Source: Camelus dromedarius (taxonomy: Eukaryota). From it: DNA of 64,000 bases. Of this stretch, positions 49,547 to 59,328 are shown in pieces (within the stretch, counting starts at the first letter, position 1; each line of letters opens with the position of its first letter). The DNA is taken from positions 84,694,001-84,758,000 of the forward strand of contig NC_087436.1 in the NCBI RefSeq assembly GCF_036321535.1. Reading direction: 5' to 3'. The notes below the pieces were generated by a model, which saw only the letters and a program-made list of their open reading frames with translations, ran no database searches and had not been told where the DNA came from. The translations under genes and the position numbers were made by a program.

Positions 49547-49651
49547 CGTTCATATCTTTCAGTTGAAATCTGCCTTTTCAGAGTATCAAGGTCTGTTTGC
49601 AATTGTGCCATTTTAGCCCGAAGCATGGTGTTTTCCCGGCTTTGACTAGTT
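49547..49651 (-). CDS. CEP135: CEP135 coding exon, TSQSRENTMLRAKMAQLQTDLDTLKRQISTERYE(R)
   Basis: aag| acceptor and |gtaaga donor, 105 nt, phase 2/2. Confidence 0.95.
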
Positions 49652-49964
49652 CTTAAAAACAAATTTAAAAAATCAAATAAATAAGTAACAAATACTATTT
49701 TATAGAGAGTCAAGTGCTACTGATTTTTGTTATTAATAAATACAAATGGAAGTGACACATAAGGATGAAAAAAGAGAAGATCAAGACTTTTGAACAATAA
49801 TTCTGTAAACATCTGGAGCTTTTATCACAAAGTTTTCTTTTCCATTCATCTCATTTATTTAACAAACATTTACTGAGCTTCTAATATGTGCTAGGCACTG
49901 TAGCAATGCTGGAGATACAAATCTGAGAAGACATGAACTGTAACATCAAAATGTAAAGTATTGC

Positions 49965-50200
49965 AGGGAAGGTAAAACTCAGTGGTACAGGTCCTTGGTT
50001 CAATCCCCAGTGCCTCCATTAAAAAAAAAAAAAAAAAAAAGTAGTGGGAGGGTGTAGCTCAAGTGGTAGACAGTATGCTTAGCATGCATGAGGTCCTGGG
50101 TTCAATCCCCAGTACCTCTTCTAAAATCAATCAGTCAATCAATCTAACTACTTCCCTCCTCTGCCAAAATAAATAAATAAATAAAATAAGTAAATAAAAA
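49965..50200 (+). mobile_element. Two tandem Vic-1-type SINEs (49965-50040 internally deleted; 50046-50200 long form)
   Basis: Two ggttcaatccccagt B boxes with A tails; outer TSD gtaaagtat. Confidence 0.85.
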
Positions 50201-50851
50201 AAAAGTAAAGTATCTTTATTGATTCCTTCTTGACGTCTATCTCAGAAAGAGAAATATTTTAACTCCTTTTAAAAGTTAATTATTCCACTTGCACTATCTA
50301 CTCTGGGTTTCTTCCCTTCTTCCAAAAATATGTCCAAAGTTTTCCATCCTAAAAAGACACCATCATCAATCTCCTGAAAGGTAATCGATATACTTATGAG
50401 GTTCAAATCTCATGGCCTTTCCGAAGTCTTTTTCCTGATCCACAGCATGCGACACAGCCCACTCTCCCCATTCTGAAATGCTCGCCCCTTTGCTGACTTC
50501 TCTCTTCCTTCCTCAAGTTTAGGCATTTTTCTAAAGTTCACTCATTCTCTTCTGTGGGTATAACTTCTGTGGTGAAGATACACAAATTACATCTCCAAAC
50601 ATGGTATGTCTTCTGAACTAAACCCCTACATTTCCAAAAACTGCAGCCACATAAGTAAAATATTTCGGTTTTATAACACCCTTCACACTCCTATCTCCTT
50701 CTCCCCTGTAAAAATAGAAAAAAATTTTTCTTATTCCTCCAGTATTTTTCTATCATTTGTTTTATGCTACAAATCTACAAAAATTTATCCATATTGAAGA
50801 ATTATTTGTGACAATCTATTTACCCCACATAAGTTGATTTATTACACTTAC

Positions 50852-51054
50852 AATTTGCTTTCTGAAAGGGTTAACTTCTCTTTAAGTAGCTGAATTTCTG
50901 TATCCTTCTCGTGGGAGGTTAAATGAGAATGAAATTCTTTATCTCTATTTGTAGCCAACAATGATTCAAGGTTTTTAATTGTATGTCTCTCACTTGACAG
51001 TTGTTTTTTTAACAGCTCTGATTCTGATTTTACATTTTCTAATTCCATCGCAAC
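50852..51054 (-). CDS. CEP135: CEP135 coding exon, [67 protein letters not shown](L)
   Basis: tag| acceptor and |gtaagt donor, 203 nt; overlaps ORF 50848..51048. Confidence 0.97.
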
Positions 51055-51898
51055 CTACAAGAAGAACAAAATAAGATTACTTCAGTACAATTTTAGGCTG
51101 ACTCTAAAAAAATATCTGCAGAGCTATACACAAATCAGTTGCTTCATTTAGGGTACCGATTAAAGATTTTACACTACTTTCTAAGTAAAAGAAAAACACC
51201 TTATTTTCAAAATAATCTTTGCTCTTTTTAGTAAGGGCTTATTTTGGCTCTAAGACCTACTTCAAGCCTCAGTTTTCTTTTGCACTATTTTATCAAGACA
51301 GGGTACTTAATATACAATCCTAAAATGTGGCCATCCTATCAGCAAGGAGGCCCTTCTGGTCTATTAAATATGTATATTCTGATTACATAGTCAAGCCAGT
51401 CCTGAAGCGCCTCAGTGCCTGAATATAAAGTTACTACTAAATGAGTGAAAACTGAAAATACCCATGTCTGAAAACACACACTGGGGTGTTTAATGCTTCA
51501 GATTGGGAATGGGAAGTTTCAGCTAACTTGACTTTTAAAATTAAGAAGAATTTATCAGGAAAAATCTTCTACTTAGGAAGCAACGATTGCTCAATCCTTC
51601 ATCTAAGCCTTACTTTTAAACCGAGAAAAAATGTGTTGGGATATGCTTCTACTCTTTATTTAGAAGAATCACATTCTCCTAAATACCCCTCTGCTCCAAA
51701 ACAGCACTCCATTTCATCACCATGTTTGCCAGAGAAATCTTGGCAAAGAATCTAGTAGTCAAATCTAGTCGTCAAAGTCTTTTAGTCAAGTCACTACTTA
51801 AAAAGGAACAAATACATTGGGCAGTGCATGGTAAAGTAAAACAACCAGAGTAGCGCTGAATAAAACAGTATGCTACAACACTATCTTTAAGTTCTTAC

Positions 51899-52108
51899 CC
51901 TCTCAAATTCAAGGTTTTTGGAATTTAATTGTTGGGTCATAATATCTTTGCCTGAATCAAGCTTAATGCAAAGTTCTCTAAGAGATGACAAATCATTTAA
52001 GACTGCTGCTTTCTCATCTTCCTGGTGTCTCAGCTCTTCTTCTAAACTAGATATGGCTTTTGCCATTGATGAGATCTGAGATTCATAAGCATGATGTGCA
52101 TTTATGTG
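51899..52108 (-). CDS. CEP135: CEP135 coding exon, HINAHHAYESQISSMAKAISSLEEELRHQEDEKAAVLNDLSSLRELCIKLDSGKDIMTQQLNSKNLEFER
   Basis: ttttcag| acceptor and |gtaaga donor, 210 nt, phase 0/0. Confidence 0.97.
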
Positions 52109-53028
52109 CTGAAAACAGAAAAAGAAACAGGTACAAAGTTAAAGTAATCCAATAATTTTAAAGGCTTGAATCTGTATAGCTACAACTTCACTTTATAAAA
52201 ATGAGAGTCAATTTTTGCACATTTTAAGATACTCTCATGAAGTTGCCTACTATTTAAAGATGGCCTACTTAATGTTTAAAAAAATAAACTGTGTATAATT
52301 ATTAATCATGGTAACTAAGAACCTCATGTATATATTTGGAAGATGAAAATTATTGTTTTAGGGTTGTGAATATGAAAGTTCTATTAAATTTTCCTTTATA
52401 AATTATCATAATAATGCCTTTTTAAGAAAAAGTAACATATATACTTATCACTCCTCAATGGCCTTTAGTTAAATTCTGAATTTCAAAAATGGAGTTTGTT
52501 TTAAAACTAAATACCTAAAGTCATATTTAAATTTAATTTAACCTACTAATAGTACACAACTTTATAAGTGAAATAACAAGCGAAATTTGAAATACTGATA
52601 AAGACTTTTTTCCTAGAAAAATCCACATTTAAAATTTTTCACAATTTAAATTGTGAGTGATACATACAGACTGGTATAAAGTCTACTTCTAGAGTTTAGG
52701 AAGAAATCCACATTTGAAAACCAAAATTACTGAACAAACTTTACTGAAATGAATCAACATTAAAAATCTAACGCTGCTGTGAAGATTTAATAAAGTTCAA
52801 CAGTTGCATAAAAGTAAATATTTGGATTTTCCAAATATTAATGAATTAGTTAATCAAAATCCCCCCAAACTAAACATCAATATCTAAGTCAATTTCATGC
52901 CACATAAGAACATGAACAATGACAAAGAACAGAAGAACTAAATAATAGTTTCTCCTAAGAACTAGTTTGAAGATTGAAAAACATTCCTTTAGTTATTATA
53001 CTCTTAATAGAAAAACTTACAGAAATAC

Positions 53029-54765
53029 TGTATTAGTTTCCTAGGACTGCTGTAACAAGTTACTGCAAATTAATGGGTGGCTTAAAATAACAGAAATGTA
53101 TCCCCCACAAATCTGGAGGTTACAAGTCTGAAATTTAGATGCTGGTGGAGTTGGCTTCTTCTGGAGGTTTTGTAGGAGAATCTGTTCTATGCCTCTTTCC
53201 AAGCTTCTGGTGGTTGCTGGCAGTCCTTGGTGTTCCTTGCCTTATAAGACATACCACTCCAATCTCTGCCTCCATCTTCACCTGGCATTCTCCCTCGTGT
53301 CTTTTGTGTCCAGATTTATCTTACAAGGACACCATTCATTGAGATACGGACTACCCTAGTTCAGTATGACTTCATCTTAAATTGAGTACACCTGCAAAGG
53401 TCCTATTTCCAGAAAAGGTCACATTCACAGGTACTAGGGGTTAGGATTTCAAAATATTTTGGGGGGCCATAATTCTACCTACCCTCCAGCTCCCCAAAAC
53501 TCATGTCCTCCCATGTGCAAAATATATTCACTCTATCCCAGCATTCTATCTCATCTAAATCAGAAGGGCTAAGACTCTCGGTATGGTCCATCCTGGGGCA
53601 AAATTCCTCTTTCCACAGATCTGTGATACTAGAAAACAAGTTACCTCCCTCTAAAATACAATGGTGGAACAGACATAGAAGAAACAGTTCCATTCTAAAA
53701 GGGAGAAAATAGAGGCAAAAAGAAATTACCAGTCCAAAGTAAGTTTGCAACCAAGCAGGGTGAATTCTATTAGATTTCAGGGCCTAAAAATAATGACCTG
53801 TGCACCTTGATGTTTTGACCTCTGGGCCTGCTAGGGCAGCCCTACCTTCTCAGCCCTCAGGTACAGCCCTACCTCCTGGCCCTCAGTGACAGTGGCTTTG
53901 TCTTCTGGGATCAAGGAGGAAATAGTCCCATCCCCTGGGCCCATGCCTTCTGGATGTGTGGGAGCAGTAGCAGCCTCACCAGCTTTGAACTGCCTTTGGC
54001 AGCCCTGCTGGTCTCTGGGCCACCTGCAGTCGTTCTTGAAGGAGAACAGATGTTCGTAACTCTGTTGGCCTGTTTTCTGCTAGTAGGATCCATGAAGTTC
54101 AGCCTTCCTTTTTTTCATCCTGCCTGTTTGTCCCTTTCAGCCCAAGTTGGCAGTGTTTCTGCTGAGGTGACCGACTGGATTCTTGAGTTACACAACTAAT
54201 CTATTTACCAAGAGGTTGTTTAGCCACACACTCGGCCCTGGCTCCAGAACACACTAGCTGGATAAGCTAAGACCTTTCCAAATCATCAAGTCCTCGTTCC
54301 TTTTTGCTTTGCAGTTCCTTCCTCAATTTATCTCTTTCCTTCACATTTTACTATAGCAGCAAGGAGAAACCAGGTTGCACCTTTCATACTTTGCATGGAA
54401 ATTTCCTCAGCTAAATAGCCAAGTTCATCACTTATAAGTTCTACTTTCCACTTAAAAGTAGACTGTAATTCAGCCAAGTTCTCCAACATTTTATAATAGG
54501 AATCATGTTTCTGCTAGCCTCTAATAACATGTTCTTCAATCCCACCTGAGATCTCTCTAGAAGAAACATTCTTATTTCTGGACAAATTCCATTCATGATG
54601 ATTTATGTATTTTGTAAATAATAAAAGTTTTCTCTATAGCTTTCTCCTTTTTTTCTGAGTCCTCACCAGAATCACCTTTAATGTCCATCTTTCTACCAAT
54701 AATCTTTTCAAAGTAATAGGTTTTTTTCTGCCAAGCATCTCAAAACTCTTCCAGCCTGTACCTAG
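53029..54765 (-). mobile_element. MLT1C-like MaLR LTR (53029-53483) plus internal sequence
   Basis: tgtattagtttcctaggactgctgtaacaa...aaggtcacattcacaggtact; MLT-int motifs tcatgtcctcccatgtgcaaaatatattc and aaaactcttccagcct. Confidence 0.85.
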
Positions 54766-54974
54766 TAATTCTATGACCATAGATAATCAGTATTTTCTTC
54801 TGAAAAATGAAGATCGACTACAATACTATACCAACAAAACAAAAACAGAACAAATAGCCAGCTGTTCTGTATCAATCTAACTTACTTAGGGTCCCTATAT
54901 TTAACTGAACTCAAAATTTTAAGAGATTTTTTATTAGACAGTCCTTATGACAAAGGCTTATTTAAATCCACACA

Positions 54975-56300
54975 GAAAAGAATGTAGTTGGAACCTTACC
55001 TTAGATCATATACAAAAATTCACTCAAAATGGATCAAAGACGTGGGGAGGGTACAGCTCAAGTGGTAGAGCGCGTGTTTAGCATGCACGAGGTCCTGGGT
55101 TCAATCCCCAGTACCTCCATTAAAAAAAAAAAAAAGTTAAAACTATAAAACTTGTAGAAAAAACAGGAAAAAGCTTCATGATGTTGGATTTAGCAATGAT
55201 TTCTTGTATGACACCAAAAATATAGGCAACAAGAGAAAAAAGAGATAAATTTGACTTCATGGAAATTTAAAACTTCTGTGCATCAAAGGATAAAACTGAG
55301 TGACAAGGTAAGCCACAAGATGGGAGAAAATTTTTACAAATCACATATCTAATAAGGGATTACTATCCAGAATATACAAACAACTCTTACAACTCAACAA
55401 CAACAAAAAACCTGATTAAAAAATTGGCAAAGGATTTGAATAGACATCTCCTCAAAGAAAATATACAAATGGCCAAAAAACACACAAAAAGATGCTCAAC
55501 ATTACTAATCATTAAGAAGACACAAGTCAAAACCAAAATGAAATACTACTTCACTCTCACTGGGATGGCTATGGAAAAAAAAAAAGAAAATAACAAGCGT
55601 TGGTGAGAAGGATGCGGAGAAACTGGAACCCTTACACTGCAGGTGGAGATGTAAAATGGAGCAGCCCCTGTGGAAAATTGTATGGCAGTTCCTCAAAAAA
55701 TTAAACTTAAAAAATTAAAATTAAATAAAATTACAATATGATCCAGCAATTTCACTTCTGGGTATATCCTAAAGAACTGAAAGCAAGGAATTGAATATAT
55801 ACTGTACTCCCATGTTTATAAGCAGCATCATTCTCAATGGACAAAGACAGAAACAAACCAAATGTTCACTGACAGATGAATGGATAAACAAAATGTGATA
55901 TATACATACAATGGAAATTATTCAGCCTTTAAAAGGAAAGAAGTTCTGACACATGCTGCAATGTGGATGAACCTTGAGATTAAGTGAACCTTGGGGCCAA
56001 GCGAAATAAGTCAGACACAAGAAGACAAATACTGTCTGATTCCACTCACATGAGGCACTAGGGCAGTCAGATTCACACAGAGAGAAGGTAGAATGGTGGT
56101 GTCAGGGGCTGGGGGAGGGAGAATGGGGAACTGCTGTTGGATGGGTACAGAGCTGCAGCTGGGGAAGATGAAAAAGTTCTGGAGAAAGACGATAATGATA
56201 GTTGCACAACAATGTGAATGTACTAACTGCCCCTGTATACTAAAAAATGGTTAAAATGGTAAACTTGACGTTATGTATGTTTTACTACAATAGAAAAGTA
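54975..56300 (+). mobile_element. L1MB-like 3' fragment with a nested short-form Vic-1 SINE (55044-55135)
   Basis: ORF 55424..55606 [25 protein letters not shown]1 3'UTR. Confidence 0.88.
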
Positions 56301-56441
56301 ATGGGGCTCTTAAGCACTATCAGAATTAATGACAAAAGATTACCATCAAACGTGATTTTATCAATGCTTAAACCTCACTTCAGTGAAGTGTCTTTGAATG
56401 TTTTCTAAATAATGTCTGTACAAGACAAATGAATATATTAC

Positions 56442-56627
56442 CTCCTGAATTTCTTTTTCTAGTAGCTCCACTCTTTCTCGAAGGTGTCTCCTCTCCGTGT
56501 CAATAGAAAGGAGTTCCAGCCGAACTGAGCTGCTTTCTCCCTCAGCTTGATGAGCTTTGACCTCCCAGTCTTCAGCACGGTTATGGAGCATCTGAAATCT
56601 ATCTAATAAATCTTGGTTTTCTTTTTC
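56442..56627 (-). CDS. CEP135: CEP135 coding exon, EKENQDLLDRFQMLHNRAEDWEVKAHQAEGESSSVRLELLSIDTERRHLRERVELLEKEIQE
   Basis: cag| acceptor and |gtaata donor, 186 nt; lies within ORF 56361..56636; matches recalled CEP135. Confidence 0.97.
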
Positions 56628-56893
56628 CTGGTTCACAATTAAATTGTTTCTAAATTAGTAACTGTCACTCAGTGAAGTACTCATGTCATAAACATGCACA
56701 CACATTGGGATTTTTGTTTTAATACAGGAAGCATAAGCTATCAGTGCAGGTACTATAATAAGTAAGGTCTGTGGGGAAACTAAAAAGATCTCCACTTGCA
56801 TGTGTTAATGTCTAATAGAGGAGACAGAATAAAGAATCATGAAAAAGTTTAAAAAAATCAGTCTTAAATCCAACCTAAACAATGTTTTTTCAC

Positions 56894-57004
56894 CTTAGCA
56901 GCCATTAAGCTTTCCCATCGTGACACTTCAGTTATGTAGTTATGAACTCTACTCTTCATTTCTTCTTTTTCTTGCACTGCTGCTTCTAATTCCAATGAGA
57001 TTTC
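56894..57004 (-). CDS. CEP135: CEP135 coding exon, EISLELEAAVQEKEEMKSRVHNYITEVSRWESLMAAK
   Basis: tag| acceptor and |gtgaaa donor, 111 nt, phase 0/0. Confidence 0.96.
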
Positions 57005-57020
57005 CTATAAAGCAGAAAAC

Positions 57021-57256
57021 TGAAATTAACATATACACACTATATATAAAATGGATGGACAACAGGGACCTATTGTATAGCACAGGGAACTATATTCAGT
57101 GTTTTGTAATGAACTATAATGGAAAAGAATCTGCAAAAGAATATATATTTATATTTATATTCATATGTACTTATAACTGAATCTCTTTGCTGTACACCTG
57201 AAACTAACATGGCACTGTGGATCAACTATAATTCAATATAAATAAATAAATAAAAA
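57021..57256 (+). mobile_element. Artiodactyl-type L1 3' tail adjacent to a CEP135 acceptor
   Basis: attaacatatacacactatatataaaat...tgtatagcacagggaactatattc...tgtacacctgaaactaac plus (AATA)n tail. Confidence 0.85.
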
Positions 57257-57566
57257 GAAAGTGGAAGACAAATCTAAAATGAATGTAGCACCTAATGAGT
57301 TCTATTTATGTTCAAATAGCTCTTTCTGAATTTGGGAAATAAGAGAGAGCAAGAAAAAAGGAAAACTTTTCCTAAGTGTTATTTTCCCATTTTAAAATAT
57401 CCTTATGAACCCCATTTTCCTTAAAGAATTGTTTATTTTGCTGTTGATATTTATATAATTACAATTTAGAAAGAATTAAAATTCAGAGCTTTAAAATTTA
57501 GCAAACAATGAATATATTGTAAAATTGTACACTATAAAACTATCAGTTTATGCATTGTGCTCATAC

Positions 57567-57735
57567 CTGGTTTTCCCTTGCCATTGTAGCCAAATCATCC
57601 TGCAATCTTCTGTTCTCCTTAAACGACATTTCTTTAGATCTTCCTACTTCATCAAGTTCCTTGTGAGCTGCATCAAGCTGGCGCCGGAGGCTGTTTATCT
57701 CACGGTCCCGATTAATCAGTGTTTCCTTTAGCTGG
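57567..57735 (-). CDS. CEP135: CEP135 coding exon, QLKETLINRDREINSLRRQLDAAHKELDEVGRSKEMSFKENRRLQDDLATMARENQ
   Basis: cag| acceptor and |gtatga donor, 169 nt, frame continuous. Confidence 0.96.
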
Positions 57736-58496
57736 CTGTTACAAGGTGTGGCAATAATAAAGAAAGTTTTTTAGAAAACTTAGTTCATTTAAAAGAAAAC
57801 TGTTATACTCTGAATTAAGTATGCTAAGAGTGCAAGAAATTACAACTACTGCATTAAAACGATGATTAAGTAGGTAAAGCAGATATTTTAGATCTCTACC
57901 AATCATTATGCACAAATAAAAGTTGTAAAATAAATTTATTATTCCAAAAGTCAAGCAAAAACAGAAGACTTTCAAGTGTTAAAGCAGAACATAAATGAGT
58001 CAATTGGCAAATATTTATTTAGTGTTTAAGCCCCCACTTCTAATATAATATGTAAGGGTATACAAAATAAATATAATCAGTGACTTTTGTCTTTAAGTAG
58101 AGAGACTAGACATAAATATAAAACTTACAACAGTGTTCAAAAAGGTTTAGATGTAGAATAAATTCAACACTGGCTACTAAGGTAATCTAAGTTTTAATGA
58201 CTAGAGGCTGCATAGGGCCCTTTCTATTCTTAAACAACAGAAATAAGGAGAAAATAAGTACGTAGAAGAGTAATTTATAAGACATAACTGTTTAGATGTA
58301 GATGACAGAGAAGGGGAGAAAGTTACAGAGGATAACATTTCCATGCAGGAGACTGAGAAAATGATAAGTGCCACCGGCAAAAACAGGAAAAATAAAAAAT
58401 GAAAAATTTGCTATTGCCAGATTGCTATTCAAATAGATAAAGTCACATTCACTGAAAATTTCTAAAAAAGCTGGATGCTATTTCATTATTACTTAC

Positions 58497-58552
58497 TTCA
58501 TAGAAGATTCATACTCTGAGACTGTTATCTTCATCTGAGCAATAGATTTTTC
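58497..58552 (-). CDS. CEP135: CEP135 coding exon, EKSIAQMKITVSEYESSM(N)
   Basis: tag| acceptor and |gtaagt donor, 56 nt; similar to recalled human EKAVAQMKIMISECESSVN. Confidence 0.93.
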
Positions 58553-58984
58553 CTATAGAAATTATAAAAATATATAAGATTCTAACCCATTAATACAGAA
58601 ATGTCTTCAGCCGAATTTAAAATATAGTTTATCACATTTATATGGTTCAAATCCAATTATGTAAGTTATGCTATAAAAGAAAGCTGCAAGTAAACATATT
58701 TCTCTGTCCCAATTAAATTTCACATACTGGCATATTTCTACCCACTCTAAGAATCTAAATTCTTTCCTTGAGTTTTCTGTAATCATGTATGATAAAACTA
58801 TATTCTAGAAATAGAACTTTAAAAGATTCAAATTATTGGGATAAAATGAAATTTAAACATATTAGAAGATATGGCCTTGAGTCTTAGGAACTTGTACATG
58901 GGCAATAAGAATTGCATATCTGAAACAGAATGAAATAATCTTTTCTGTTCAGATGCTGGATCATAATATTTAACAGTCACATAC

Positions 58985-59139
58985 TTTATTAGCTAGGTTT
59001 TCTTGCAAGTTTGCAATCTTTTCGGTCTTTTCATCTACAGTCTCCTGAAGAATGTCTTTTTCTTTATCAATAACACCAATGGTCTTTTTCATTACATGAG
59101 CCTCTTCATCCTGTGAAGTCATCTTAAGGTGGAGTTTAC
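58985..59139 (-). CDS. CEP135: CEP135 coding exon, (G)KLHLKMTSQDEEAHVMKKTIGVIDKEKDILQETVDEKTEKIANLQENLANK
   Basis: AG/GT boundaries, 155 nt, frame continuous; overlaps ORF 58970..59173; near-identical to recalled CEP135. Confidence 0.96.
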
Positions 59140-59212
59140 CTATAAATGAAAAGAAATGTTTGTTACACAACATAAATTAGGATTAGGAAAAACAAAATTT
59201 AAGAACATGTAC

Positions 59213-59328
59213 CTATTTTTTCCTCCAGTATTTTAACTTGTGCTTGGGCTGATTCAAGTTCAGTTCTTTTTAAGGAAAGTCGATGCTGATAATCATCAAG
59301 TGACTGCTGTAGCTGCTCATTTACCATC
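59213..59328 (-). CDS. CEP135: CEP135 internal coding exon, (R)MVNEQLQQSLDDYQHRLSLKRTELESAQAQVKILEEKI(G)
   Basis: tag| acceptor and |gtacat donor, 116 nt, phase-compatible with the next exon; matches recalled human CEP135 IVNEQLQRSVDDYQHRLSIKRGELESAQAQIKILEEKI. The preceding exon was not found in the window. Confidence 0.95.

Noticed and set aside
55044..55120. tRNA-Ala(AGC) gene, here and at the other tRNA-like copies
   Set aside because: About 12 dispersed, diverged copies with A-rich tails and, in most cases, TSDs. These are SINEs, not tRNA genes.
48734..59328. TSGA10 as the identity of the coiled-coil gene
   Set aside because: The paralogue shares motifs such as RELCIKLDS, but the exons match recalled CEP135 almost residue for residue (NRAEDWEVKAHQAEGESSSVRLELL, RRHGL.TPPLSS).
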